DNA of 64,000 bases from an uncultured Candidatus Binatia bacterium. GTDB taxonomy: Bacteria; Desulfobacterota; Binatia; UBA9968; JAJDTQ01. This document shows, one piece after another, positions 46,883 to 56,381 of this stretch. The translations under genes were made by a program, and so were the position numbers. Below the pieces are notes generated by a model. It did no database searches. It was not told where the DNA came from and was given only the letters and a program-made list of their open reading frames with translations. Each line of letters begins with the position of its first letter. Positions within the stretch are counted from its first letter, which is position 1. The stretch lies in NCBI GenBank assembly GCA_965215605.1, contig OZ244070.1, positions 1,824,001-1,888,000 of the forward strand. Direction: 5' to 3'.

Positions 46883-47157
46883 TTGAGCCCTTTGGCCAAA
46901 AAATCCCGCTCCACCGTCAACTCCCCGATCTTCGCGTGCAGGTCCCGAATCTCCCCCTCGTGGTCGCCCCTCGTCCGCTCCGTCCCCTTCGTGAAGACCT
47001 CCTTCATCCCCTCCACCGCCCGCTGCTTCCAGGTGCTCACCTGGTTCGGATGAACCTTGTGCCGCACAGCGATCTCCTGGATCGTCTTGTCCCCGCGCAG
47101 CGCCTCCAGCGCCACCTTCGCCTTGAAGTCTCCGCTGAACCGTCGTCGTGTGCTCAT
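46876..47157 (-). CDS. IS3 transposase OrfA (HTH)
   Basis: FKAKVALEA..G..T..EIA....VHPNQV..WK...KIGELTVERDFL; a T6 run precedes the -1 overlap with OrfB. Confidence 0.92.
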   Translation of the reverse strand: MSTRRRFSGDFKAKVALEALRGDKTIQEIAVRHKVHPNQVSTWKQRAVEGMKEVFTKGTERTRGDHEGEIRDLHAKIGELTVERDFLAKGLKW

Positions 47158-47168
47158 TGCGTATCCCT

Positions 47169-47280
47169 CCCTAAGTCGGTGGAATACACCTTAGTAACCT
47201 GTCCGATTTTCCAGGACCACCTCACCCTAAGTCGGTGGAATACACCTTAGCAACCTGTCCGATTTTCCAGGACCACCTCA
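47169..47280. repeat. 56-bp direct tandem repeat of the IS left end
   Basis: 47169-47224 and 47225-47280 are identical except one T/C difference. Confidence 0.95.
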
Positions 47281-47378
47281 GACATAGCCAGAATAGTGCG
47301 CTTATGTATCTTCAAGCATCTGGATGGGACATGTCGAAGAGTGCCGGGCGGTCCGCGGCAGTCACAATAGATACCGCG

Positions 47379-47603
47379 TCAGAGCACAGTCTGGCGGGCT
47401 ATTCTAGGGAGCCATTCCTCGTCTGGGACATCTCCGCGGAAGTGATCTTCCAGTAGTTCGACCTGGAATCCACGCTCGCGCAGTGCGGCGGCAAAAATCT
47501 TTCCCCCCAGGCATTGATCGAGGACGAAGGTGAGATTTTCAGGCGGCCGGCTCGAATTGCTCGCATCGGATAGCTTCTTCGATGTCTGACGGGGGGCGGG
47601 CAT
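47379..47603 (-). pseudogene. truncated VapC45-like PIN toxin
   Basis: FVLDQCLG...L...G..V....DHF..D.PDEEWL is followed by a stop before the expected LT.D motif; overlaps the DUF433 gene end. Start uncertain. Confidence 0.65.
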
Positions 47604-48246
47604 AATCGGCAGCGAGTTCTTCGACGGAGTCCCCGGCTGCGAAGCTTTGGTAGACGACTCTCGTTGCTATGTGGCTACCCACCAACACGGGACGACCAAA
47701 CGAAATACGCGGATCAACGACAACCCGGGGTTGTTGGACTTCGGCGGGCGGCAGGTCTCTCCGATTGAACAGATGGAGCTTCGTCGCAATACCGGTCATG
47801 TCACGTTCGATTCTCTTCAGGTATGTTCTAAGAAACTCGCGTATACCGATTTGCCCACCTTGAGTTATGTTGACCACCTCCCCGAGTTGGTCAACAAACA
47901 GGTCCATACCATCCGTTTCAAAGTCCTTTTCAGCCAACGGATGTGGCGACGGAAATTGCTGATACAGATAGTCCAGGCCACGCCTAATGCTTCTGAACGG
48001 TACGTTGCATTGTCGAATGGCTTCGAGGACGTGCGCCTCTGTCAGGTTCACGAAAGATAAAAGGCCACGCGATTCGTCGGCCAGCTTGATCACCGGTTCG
48101 GACCATTGCTCGCCTTGGGCGGTCGGATAGGTTCGCCCACGAACCCACGTCCGCAGCGTGCTCGGTGGTATGCGTAGGTAGTGGGCCGCCTCGCCTATTC
48201 CATAGGCCGGCAACTCACGTGGGTCTTTTCCCCCGTAAAGATTCAT
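47539..48246 (-). CDS. HTH + DUF433 antitoxin (VapB45-like)
   Basis: Y...EAA.YL.IP.STL..W, LSF.NL.E, HPLA, VDP.ISFGRP, AGDS.EELA.DY. Confidence 0.85.
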   Translation of the reverse strand: MNLYGGKDPRELPAYGIGEAAHYLRIPPSTLRTWVRGRTYPTAQGEQWSEPVIKLADESRGLLSFVNLTEAHVLEAIRQCNVPFRSIRRGLDYLYQQFPSPHPLAEKDFETDGMDLFVDQLGEVVNITQGGQIGIREFLRTYLKRIERDMTGIATKLHLFNRRDLPPAEVQQPRVVVDPRISFGRPVLVGSHIATRVVYQSFAAGDSVEELAADYARPPSDIEEAIRCEQFEPAA

Positions 48247-48387
48247 TATGTTCCGTTGACGCCACAACTTTCCGGGCGAGTCAAGGGGCAGCCCGCAATA
48301 AACCGGTTTCCTTGGGTTTCTCTTTCTTCAAGAACCCTTGCGTCAAGGCTGCTCGCGGAGACAGTGGACGTCACCGTCCAAACATCA

Positions 48388-49371
48388 TCAAGCGCCACCC
48401 AGCGCCGTCACCACGGCGATGACTCCGGCCACGGTGACGCCGGAGAAGATCGTGGTCCAGAAGACCACGTCGCCGGTGAGCTCGGCGTCGCCGTCGAGCT
48501 CGATGGTGAGGATGAGGGTGTTGACGGCGGTGGGGGCGGCGGCGCCGATGATGAGGTGGGCGCCGGGCCAGGGCCAGAGGCCGAAGGCGTATGCCGCGGT
48601 GCCGACGAGCACGGGCAAGGCCAGGAGCTTGACGAACGCGATGGGCGCCACCTGCCGCCATCGGGGCCAGCGGGCGCCCTTGGCAAGCTGAGCGCCCAGG
48701 GCCACGAGCATCATGGGCACCAGCGCCCCGGCCAACGAGCGCAGGGGGAAGGACACCCACACGGGCAGGAAGTCCGCGCCGTTGAATGAGCGGAGGCGGA
48801 TCTCCCTCAGTATGAAGGAGGTCACCAGGGCGTAGGGTATGGGGAGCTTGAGGATTCCCAGGGCCTCGCGGGCGCGCCCGCCCCTGGCCACGGCCAAAAC
48901 CAGGTAGCCCAGGAACCAGACCAGCAGGTTGCTGAGCATCACCACCAGCGCCTGCACGTGCAGGCCCGCTTCCGCGTCCGGCTGGCCCTGGAACAGCGTG
49001 CCGCCCTCGATGTAGAGCAGGTGGGCGACGGGGATGCCGAAGTTGCCGGCGTTGAACACGATGCTGCCGAGGATGACGGCGGCGACCGTCTTGCTGGGTG
49101 CGTGGAGGGCGCGTCCGCTGGCGAACAGCAGCAACCCGAGGACGCCCAGGACGATCAGGAACACCAGGGCGATGAGCCCGATCTGGCCCCAGGGGATGTC
49201 GCTGTCGTAGATCTTCACCAGCAGGAACGACGGCACCAGCAGGTACATGCTGATGCGGGCGAGAGTTTCCAGGCTCAACGACTGGTAGCGTTGCAGCAGC
49301 GTGCCGAAGCCCACCATGAGCAGCAGCGGCAGCAGGATGTTGTAGAGGATCTGGCCGGTGTGGTGCAGCAT
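48388..49371 (-). CDS. AEC (auxin efflux carrier) family transporter
   Basis: N.GNFGIP, P.M.V.LG.QL, KL..P, AAPTAVN. Confidence 0.88.
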   Translation of the reverse strand: MLHHTGQILYNILLPLLLMVGFGTLLQRYQSLSLETLARISMYLLVPSFLLVKIYDSDIPWGQIGLIALVFLIVLGVLGLLLFASGRALHAPSKTVAAVILGSIVFNAGNFGIPVAHLLYIEGGTLFQGQPDAEAGLHVQALVVMLSNLLVWFLGYLVLAVARGGRAREALGILKLPIPYALVTSFILREIRLRSFNGADFLPVWVSFPLRSLAGALVPMMLVALGAQLAKGARWPRWRQVAPIAFVKLLALPVLVGTAAYAFGLWPWPGAHLIIGAAAPTAVNTLILTIELDGDAELTGDVVFWTTIFSGVTVAGVIAVVTALGGA

Positions 49372-49549
49372 GGAGCGGGGGAGGCGTTATCGGCCCGTGC
49401 GCGGGCCGGTCCGCCTTACCGGGGTGTTGCCGGCGCGCGGCGGCGAGATCTCGCGGGCAAAATGACGCCGGCGCTCCGAGGCTCCCGCGCGGGCAGGTCC
49501 CCGAAGCGCCGGCTGGTGACGACACTAGTGACTGTTGACTAGCCCGTGC

Positions 49550-50038
49550 CTACCCCGCGGATTCCGCGAAGAACTTGCCGGGCATCTCGATGGGCGGCAG
49601 GGTCTTGTTCTCCTCCGAGTCGGAGGGGATCTCCTTGCCGTCGGGGCCGAGGCGCGCATCGTCGCCCCGCGGCGGCGTGGCGTCGATGCCGCAACCGATG
49701 CGCAGCACCACGAGGTTGCCGTCGCCGGTGTTGAGGTAACGATAGTAGGCGCCCTTGGGGATCATGATCCCCTGGTACTTGTCGATCTTCAACTCGTTGC
49801 CCTTCTCGTCGAACACCGACATCTGGCCTTCCAGCACCACGAAGGAATGGTCCTCGTCCAGGTGGCAGTGGACCGCGTTCTCGCCGCCCTCGGAGTTGAT
49901 CTTGGTGTGGATCCACATGTTGTCGGTCTTGGCCACGAGCTGGGTGACCCGGCCCTGCTGCATGTAGGGGGTCTTCAGCGAATACCTGTAAGCCCTGGGC
50001 CTTTCCTCGACTTCCTGCTTCTCGGCGACTGCTTCCAT
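49550..50038 (-). CDS. cupin domain protein
   Basis: GGEN..H.H..EDH.FVVL.G...IP.GA.Y.Y.N.G. Confidence 0.82.
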   Translation of the reverse strand: MEAVAEKQEVEERPRAYRYSLKTPYMQQGRVTQLVAKTDNMWIHTKINSEGGENAVHCHLDEDHSFVVLEGQMSVFDEKGNELKIDKYQGIMIPKGAYYRYLNTGDGNLVVLRIGCGIDATPPRGDDARLGPDGKEIPSDSEENKTLPPIEMPGKFFAESAG

Positions 50039-50117
50039 GGTGAACTCCTTTCCGAACGTTTCGTGTTCTTTCCGTCAATGAGGATGGCCCGCACGCGCGG
50101 GTCCTGCGCCTGTTCCC

Positions 50118-51176
50118 TCAGGCGTTGACGCCCTCCAGCTTGAGGTCGTAGAGCTTCAGCACGTTCTCGCGCACCACCTTGCGGAAGATGTCCGACGGCA
50201 GGTGTCCGAGCTCGTCGGTGATGACCTGGCGCGAGTGCGGCCAGGTGGACGCCGCGTGCGGGTAGTCGTTGGACCACATGCAGGTCTCGCTGCCCCACCA
50301 GTCCAGCAGCCGGCCGCCGGTGGGGTCGCTGAAGAAGGTGGCGTAGAACTGCTCGCTGCAGTACTCGCTGGGAAGCTTCTTCATGTGCGGCAGCGGCGCC
50401 TTGGTGGCGTGGCGCTTGAAGTACTTGTCCCACTCGTGGAGGTAGAACGGGATCCACGAGATCTCGTTCTCCACGTACACGAACTTGAGGTCCGGATAGT
50501 TGGACATGGGGCCGCCGAAGACCAACTCGAACAGGGTGTTGGCGGCGTCCGCCAGCTTCTGGTTGACGGTCATGCGGTAGACGTCCAGGCCCTCTCTTTC
50601 GTACCGGCTGTAGTTGAACCCCGTGAGGATGTGCAGGTTGACGGGCATCTGCAGATCCTGCGCCGCCTCCCAGAACGGGTTGTAGTGGTCGCTGGTGAAG
50701 GGGAGGTGATCCGGCGGCACCTGCCAGATCAGGCAGCCCACCAGCCCGGCCTTCTTGCAGCGCTCCAGTTCCTTGATGGCGTTGTCGATGTTGTAGAGCG
50801 AGATCGACGGCACGCCCACGAGCTTGTGGGGGTGCACCTTGCAGTAGTCGATGAGCCAGTCGTTGGCGAGTTCGAAGCAGGCTTCCTGAAGCTCTGCGTC
50901 CTCCAGGGCGAACAGGCGCAGTCCCAGGGTCGGGTAGAGTACCTCGGCGGACACTCCGTCCACCGCCATCTCCTCCACCCGCGCCCGCGGGTCGTAGCCG
51001 CCGGGCTTCTCGCCGATGGCGTTCCGGGGCGGAAACTCGGGATAGCGGCCCTTGAAGCTCGCGGGGAGGTTCTTGACCCACAGGTCCGTGGGCTCCATGA
51101 TGTGGGAGTCCGCGGATACGATGATCTCGGTGGCCGGATCCAGGCCGGTCGCGGTTGTCGGCATGCTTACGCTCAA
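50118..51176 (-). CDS. amidohydrolase_2 family protein
   Basis: SADSH..EP, YPT, NDW, VNLH, VEN...W, WSNDYPH. Start TTG 51176 or ATG 51164. Confidence 0.88.
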   Translation of the reverse strand: MSVSMPTTATGLDPATEIIVSADSHIMEPTDLWVKNLPASFKGRYPEFPPRNAIGEKPGGYDPRARVEEMAVDGVSAEVLYPTLGLRLFALEDAELQEACFELANDWLIDYCKVHPHKLVGVPSISLYNIDNAIKELERCKKAGLVGCLIWQVPPDHLPFTSDHYNPFWEAAQDLQMPVNLHILTGFNYSRYEREGLDVYRMTVNQKLADAANTLFELVFGGPMSNYPDLKFVYVENEISWIPFYLHEWDKYFKRHATKAPLPHMKKLPSEYCSEQFYATFFSDPTGGRLLDWWGSETCMWSNDYPHAASTWPHSRQVITDELGHLPSDIFRKVVRENVLKLYDLKLEGVNA

Positions 51177-51288
51177 GTTTCGATCCTCCTCTTTTTCTTG
51201 TTGGTTCAGTTACTTCTTATGCCTTTTTGGGTCGTTTTGTCCACCGCGAGAGCGGGCACGGCTGGGCGATGCAGCTACCGTTCTGAAT

Positions 51289-51405
51289 CGTCATTCCCGC
51301 GAAAGCGGGAATCCAGGTGTGGGGAGGGTGGGCAACTGCTTCCCGGCCCCACCCCGCCTGGATTCCCGCTTTCGTGGGAATGACGGAGAGGTAGCGGGAA
51401 TGACG
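51289..51405. repeat. REP-like palindromic element (ATTCCC-N8-GGGAAT cores)
   Basis: CGTCATTCCCGCGAAAGCGGGAATCCAG (51289-51316) is inverted with CTGGATTCCCGCTTTCGTGGGAATGACG (51358-51385); an extra GCGGGAATGACG lies at 51394-51405. Confidence 0.85.
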
Positions 51406-51519
51406 AGAATGGCGGCGTGTTCGGAGCGCAACGGTGCGCTCGACAGCCCGGTGTGTTATGACCACTGCAACGCGGGCCGGAGACGGACCCGTCGTGAAAA
51501 CCACCTTCGGAGGCAACTC

Positions 51520-52479
51520 ATGACGACCATGATTACGGGCGCGGGGCTGGTGGGCTCCCAGATCGCGCGCATCCTCGTACAGCAGGGCGAGAAGCCTGTC
51601 CTGTTCGACATCGCACCCAACCTCAACGCCTTGGCGGACGTGGTGGACGTGGACGCGGTCACGCTGTTCCGCGGAGACCTGCTGAACCCCTTCGACCTCG
51701 GCAAGGTGATCAACGAGAACGGCATCACCCGCATCGTCCACACCGCCGCCTATCCCAACCTCGGCACCGGCGCCCAGGAGAACCCCTACGGCGCCATCCA
51801 GGTGAACATCATGGGCACCGCCAACGTCCTCGAGGCGGCGCGGCTCCACGGCGCTGAGCGGGTGGTGATGATCAGCACCGCGGCCGTGGCCAGGGGCGTG
51901 GCCGGCGGCGAGGACAACGGCGACCGCAGCAAGGAAGAGGCGCTGCCCCGGCCCAACTCCTTCTACTCCGCCACCAAGTGGGCGGGCGAGAACCTGGGCT
52001 ACAACTACGCGCGCTCCCACGGCGTTGATTTCCGCGCCGTGCGCTTCCCCAACGTATGCGGCCCCTGGATCCCGGGAGGCGGCGGCCGCCCCAGCGCCAT
52101 GTTCCGCACCCTGGTGGAGAAGTCCGTGGACGGCGTCGAGCATACCGTCCCGCCCGGCGTCATGGAGTGGCTCTACTCCAAGGACGCGGCCCGGGGCGTG
52201 GTCCTGGCCCTACAGGCCGAGGGCGTCAAGAGCCGCGTCTTCAACCTCGGCGTCGGCAAGCCCTATGACAACCAGGAACTCATCGACATCTTCAAGCAGG
52301 TGGTCCCCGGCGCCAAGCTCAGCATCGACGAGAGCGTGGCCACGTCACAGACGTCGTCGGTCTTCCTGGACATCACCCGCGCGCAGACGGAGCTGGGCTT
52401 CGATGCCGAGTATGACATCCCCGCCGCGGTGACGGACTTCGTGGGGTGGTACCGGCGGCTCAAGGGGAAGGGGAGCTGA
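51520..52479 (+). CDS. NAD-dependent epimerase/dehydratase
   Basis: ITGAGLVG, HTAA, N..GT.NVLEA, YSATK; GGAGG RBS. Confidence 0.9.
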   Translation: MTTMITGAGLVGSQIARILVQQGEKPVLFDIAPNLNALADVVDVDAVTLFRGDLLNPFDLGKVINENGITRIVHTAAYPNLGTGAQENPYGAIQVNIMGTANVLEAARLHGAERVVMISTAAVARGVAGGEDNGDRSKEEALPRPNSFYSATKWAGENLGYNYARSHGVDFRAVRFPNVCGPWIPGGGGRPSAMFRTLVEKSVDGVEHTVPPGVMEWLYSKDAARGVVLALQAEGVKSRVFNLGVGKPYDNQELIDIFKQVVPGAKLSIDESVATSQTSSVFLDITRAQTELGFDAEYDIPAAVTDFVGWYRRLKGKGS

Positions 52480-52483
52480 GGGC

Positions 52484-53359
52484 ATGGCTGATACAAGCGA
52501 TTACGTACCTCCCAAAGTCTGGACATGGGAACGCGAGAACGGCGGCCGGTTCGCCAACGTCAACCGCCCGGTTTCCGGCGCCACCCATGATAAGGAGCTG
52601 CCGCGCGGCAAGCACCCGCTCCAGCTCTATTCGCTGGGCACCCCCAACGGCGTCAAGGTGACGATCATGCTGGAGGAGTTGCTGGCGGCCGGCCACACCG
52701 GCGCGGAATACGACGCCTGGGTCATCAACATCCGCGAGGGCGACCAGTTCGGCTCCGGGTTCGTGGCCATCAACCCCAACTCCAAGATCCCGGCGCTGGT
52801 GGACTACTCCATGCCCACGCCCACACGGGTGTTCGAGTCGGGTTCGATCCTGCTCTACCTGGCCGACAAGTTCGGCGCCTTCGTCCCGGAGGACCCGTCG
52901 GAGCGTGCCGAGTGCCTGTCCTGGCTGTTCTGGCAGATGGGCTCCGCCCCTTATCTCGGCGGCGGCTTCGGCCATTTCTATGCCTACGCTCCCCACAAGA
53001 TGGAATACCCCATCGACCGTTTCACCATGGAGGTGAAGCGCCAGCTCGACGTCCTCGACAAGCGGCTGGCCGAGAACCGCTACGCCGCGGGCGACGTCTA
53101 CACCATCGCCGACATGGCCATCTGGCCCTGGTACGGCATCCTCACCACCGGCAGCCTCTACGGCGCCGCCGAGTTCCTCGACATCCAAACCTACACCAAC
53201 GTCCTGCGCTGGTTCGATGAAGTCGCGGCGCGCGACGCGGTGAAACGCGGGCGCATCGTCAACAAGACCTCCGGCCCCCTCGATCAGCAGCTCCGTGAGC
53301 GCCACGACGCCTCGGATTTTGAGTTGAGGACGCAGGACAAGCTTGAGGCGGCGGAGTAG
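52484..53359 (+). CDS. yghU: glutathione-dependent disulfide-bond oxidoreductase (GST nu class)
   Basis: YVPPKVW, SLGTPNGVKV, NPNSKIPAL, FESGSIL, QLRERHDASDF. Confidence 0.9.
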   Translation: MADTSDYVPPKVWTWERENGGRFANVNRPVSGATHDKELPRGKHPLQLYSLGTPNGVKVTIMLEELLAAGHTGAEYDAWVINIREGDQFGSGFVAINPNSKIPALVDYSMPTPTRVFESGSILLYLADKFGAFVPEDPSERAECLSWLFWQMGSAPYLGGGFGHFYAYAPHKMEYPIDRFTMEVKRQLDVLDKRLAENRYAAGDVYTIADMAIWPWYGILTTGSLYGAAEFLDIQTYTNVLRWFDEVAARDAVKRGRIVNKTSGPLDQQLRERHDASDFELRTQDKLEAAE

Positions 53360-53382
53360 CGACTAGAAAGCCACCAACCGAG

Positions 53383-54057
53383 ATGAACAAGGGAGAAACG
53401 ACCAGAAGCTCAGTGCCAAGGCTACGCGTTAGGAAAGAAATAAGGTCTCGATCTGCCATGAAAGCGAGCAATATCCGCGGTGAGCTTCGCATCCGCAGGG
53501 CACTACGCAACCGACACCTCCGCCACTATAGGAAGCAAGGTGAGGTATTGGTGTTAGATGAGCTAGGGCTGGCTCATGCCCGCAGCCGGGTCGACATGGC
53601 GGTCATTAACGGCTACGTCCACGGCTATGAAATCAAGAGTGCAGTAGATAAGCTTGATAGGCTGCCTCGTCAGTTGGATATCTACCGGAAGTCGCTCCAA
53701 AAGTTGACGCTGGTGGTTGCGCCTCGCCACTTGGAACCAGTGGAAATTGCGGTCCCGAATTGGTGTGGAATACTAGAGGTCGTGCAGGGGACTCGCGGTG
53801 GGATCGGGTTTCGATATGTTCAACGACCGCGAACTAATCCGGACGTGGATCCGTTTATGCTTGCGCATTTGCTCTGGCGGGAAGAAGCGTCGACGGCTTT
53901 GGCAGAACTGGGTGTGGCAAGGCGTGATCTAAAAGGGACACGTAAGGATCTCTATCGGTTGCTGCTTGAGATGATGTCTATGCCGGACCTTACGGCGTTG
54001 ATCAAACGATCAATGCTGCAGCGACGAAGTTGGCGAGATTTTCCACGACCAGTGTGA
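53383..54057 (+). CDS. sce7726-family protein (PD-(D/E)xK-like)
   Basis: DEL......RVD.AV.NG..HGYEIKS..D.L.RLP.Q...Y, P.WCG, LLWREE. Start may be the ATG at 53458. Confidence 0.75.
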   Translation: MNKGETTRSSVPRLRVRKEIRSRSAMKASNIRGELRIRRALRNRHLRHYRKQGEVLVLDELGLAHARSRVDMAVINGYVHGYEIKSAVDKLDRLPRQLDIYRKSLQKLTLVVAPRHLEPVEIAVPNWCGILEVVQGTRGGIGFRYVQRPRTNPDVDPFMLAHLLWREEASTALAELGVARRDLKGTRKDLYRLLLEMMSMPDLTALIKRSMLQRRSWRDFPRPV

Positions 54058-55102
54058 TGTGATGGTTTATCCCGACTTCCTTCCAGCGGGTAAGGTTGCT
54101 CGGGTTAGCATGACCGACGGCACAGTCGGCAATGTACTGATCACCGGAACAAAAGCCCTGACCGCGGAACTCGAAACGGGCACCGTTGACGATCTCGGCA
54201 CAATGTACGTGCATTTGCTCGGGATTGTCCCGGAACGCCCCGCCTTTGCGGGTAGCCCAGGTCGTAGAGGCCGTGTAGATGACCTTGCCGGCTGGTTTAA
54301 TCTTCCGCATGTCTACGGCGGTGAAGGCCGGATGGACAGTCGTATAGTCGCCATAGATTGGCCGCCGCATTCCCACCGGGAGTCGACTTAGCAAGGCTTG
54401 AAAGAAGAGCCAGTCATGGCGTGGAATTTCGTCAGAGCCCATAGCAATGTTTCCGAATGTTTCAGGAACAGCCGTGCTAATGAGTACGAAGGTTCTGAAG
54501 GCGTCGATATTGCCCAGACGCCGAATTGCCGTGATCAATGCATTTGCAAATGTGTGGTAGGGATGAAAGTTCGGCGCACGTAGATCGACGATCAGGTCCA
54601 CCTCCTGGGGCGTAAGCGCGAGCCCATTGGCCAAAGCCAATATCCTCGTTCTGGCCGCAGGTCGCATTAGATCTTCGAGCCTGATCGTTACGCCGGCTCC
54701 TTGGCGGTCGCGAGAGGTGGCCCGTGCGGCCGCTGAAACGGTGTCTATGTCAGCACCTAAGGGCACGGCGGGGATGGCAGTTGCGTTGTGGGGCCTGAGA
54801 CCGTCGAATACGTAGTCAAAGACGTGGCTTCCATCATCCATACGGCCAACGGCGATGGAGTCGTCCAGCATGATCCAAGCCGGACGCTTACCCCATTTGG
54901 CTTTGTAACGGGGGACAAAAGGAAGGACGTGTGCGTGGATCGTACTCTTAAGCTGCCGAGATTCAAAATCGAACTCTACTTCGGGAATCGAAATTAGGGG
55001 GACGACCTTGGCTTTGACCGGTTCTTTGAGGCGAAGTAGAGCTTGGTACTCGCCTTGCCGCCACCGCAAGGCGGGTACATACACGTCTTCACGCAAGATC
55101 AT
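54002..55102 (-). CDS. beta-family protein (T4 beta/sce7725-like)
   Basis: YVP.L.W.QGE..AL, YGDY..VHP, ..Y, GD.YI, ..W.....NHHI..V. Confidence 0.78.
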   Translation of the reverse strand: MILREDVYVPALRWRQGEYQALLRLKEPVKAKVVPLISIPEVEFDFESRQLKSTIHAHVLPFVPRYKAKWGKRPAWIMLDDSIAVGRMDDGSHVFDYVFDGLRPHNATAIPAVPLGADIDTVSAAARATSRDRQGAGVTIRLEDLMRPAARTRILALANGLALTPQEVDLIVDLRAPNFHPYHTFANALITAIRRLGNIDAFRTFVLISTAVPETFGNIAMGSDEIPRHDWLFFQALLSRLPVGMRRPIYGDYTTVHPAFTAVDMRKIKPAGKVIYTASTTWATRKGGAFRDNPEQMHVHCAEIVNGARFEFRGQGFCSGDQYIADCAVGHANPSNLTRWKEVGINHHITLVVENLANFVAAALIV

Positions 55103-56381
55103 CTGTGACCTCAGTGAATTGGTTACGGACACGGTCTTGGCCGACAAGGTGGTTTAGGATTGCGTAGTCGCCCTGTTCTTTGCGAATGCGCCCTGCGATG
55201 ATACTCGTATCGATACCAAGTGTTTCAGCGTCCAGACGGACGGCTTCTTCAGTCATTGCGAAGCGCGAAAGGCATTGATCCCAAGCCTCATCGGAGATGA
55301 GACAGTTTAGGGCGAACTGGTCGGCTTCCAGTTCTACACGATCACCTTCGGCTGGGCCTTCTTCGTCGAAGAAATCGTAGCGCAGGCCGGTCATCAGATG
55401 CAGGAACACGTGTCCCAATTCGTGGAGCAAGACAAACCAGAAGTTGTCTAGGCGGTCGTAGCGAAGTGTGAGGCCGACAACTGGGTGCCCATCGCCAGTC
55501 AACATTGCCGCGCCATCCAGATAGGTCCCGGGAAGGTGCTCTTCGGTGATCAACACGATTCCCTTCCGAGCCAACAGACCCCGTGCTCTTCTAGGACCGT
55601 CCGCGCGGCGTGTGAGGGCAACGAGGGCGGGCAACCAACGATCATCCAAGACGAACTCTGGCAACCCGCTGTGGGCTACCTTTTCGCGAGCCCGTTCAAG
55701 CACTCGCGCCTGCCATGCCAGCAGGGAGTACTCATTCGGTATTGTGCCGAAGTTGATTTTTTTTCGGTGAAACGCAGTCAGGAATTCGGGGCCAGCGGCT
55801 TCAAGGATGTATTCCTTGACCCTGTGCACGACATCGGCGCCTCGGGGCAGGTCAAACCAGCGTCTCTTACGCATCTCGTTAATCGGGAACTGTTGCCAGA
55901 GGATATCGTCGGCATTCGCCCACGAGACTACAGCACCGTGGGTCGTTCGGTCGCCCTCAAACAGGCCTGAAGTGTGGACATTGAGAATCTTCGAAATCTC
56001 GATTAGTCGCGCAAGGCTAGCACCCATATAGTTTGAAGCCTCATAGCGTTGAATTTGCTGGGGTTTTATGCCGAGCGTTTGCGCTAGATCAGTCTGGCTC
56101 ATACCGGCCGCAATGCGCGCCTCCACGAGCATTGAAGGCAGATTCTCAAGCGCGAAAGACTTGGCAAAGGTGAATTCACCTGCCTTCAGTAGGTCGTAGT
56201 GGGCGATCTCCGCTTCTAGTTCGGCGATCTGGCTTCGGAGAGCGGCAATCTGCGCATCGCGCAACCAAGCTTGATCGGGCTTGGAGGTTTGCGCGCTAGT
56301 TAGCGCATCTTTCAGCTTGGTCAGCTCGCGTTTCGAGATGCGGTATTGCTGATCGCTGTAGACCATGGCGCCACCTTTCAT
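55089..56381 (-). CDS. XRE HTH + ImmA/IrrE-type metallopeptidase fusion (HigA-like)
   Basis: ARI..G.SQ.DLA..LG...QQIQRYE HTH; LDGAA, RLDNFWF.LLHELGH (HExxH), E.EAD.FA. Alternative start at 56366. Confidence 0.88.
   Translation of the reverse strand: MKGGAMVYSDQQYRISKRELTKLKDALTSAQTSKPDQAWLRDAQIAALRSQIAELEAEIAHYDLLKAGEFTFAKSFALENLPSMLVEARIAAGMSQTDLAQTLGIKPQQIQRYEASNYMGASLARLIEISKILNVHTSGLFEGDRTTHGAVVSWANADDILWQQFPINEMRKRRWFDLPRGADVVHRVKEYILEAAGPEFLTAFHRKKINFGTIPNEYSLLAWQARVLERAREKVAHSGLPEFVLDDRWLPALVALTRRADGPRRARGLLARKGIVLITEEHLPGTYLDGAAMLTGDGHPVVGLTLRYDRLDNFWFVLLHELGHVFLHLMTGLRYDFFDEEGPAEGDRVELEADQFALNCLISDEAWDQCLSRFAMTEEAVRLDAETLGIDTSIIAGRIRKEQGDYAILNHLVGQDRVRNQFTEVTDDLA

Larger units (their letters stand above)
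45893..47280 (-). mobile_element. IS3-family insertion sequence with a tandemly duplicated left end
   Basis: TG...CA ends; 28-bp imperfect IRs (TGAGGTGGTCCTGG-N6-GGACAGGT, 23/28 identical); 3-bp target duplication GAC at 45890-45892 and 47281-47283. Confidence 0.92.

Noticed and set aside
47169-47280. Direct repeat as a possible mini-CRISPR
   Set aside because: Two adjacent 56-bp copies with no spacer; they are the IS3 left end, and no cas genes are present.
51052-51519. 156-aa N-terminal extension of the epimerase containing the palindromic repeat
   Set aside because: It overlaps the divergent gene, and a good RBS plus ATG lies at 51520 just before the Rossmann motif.
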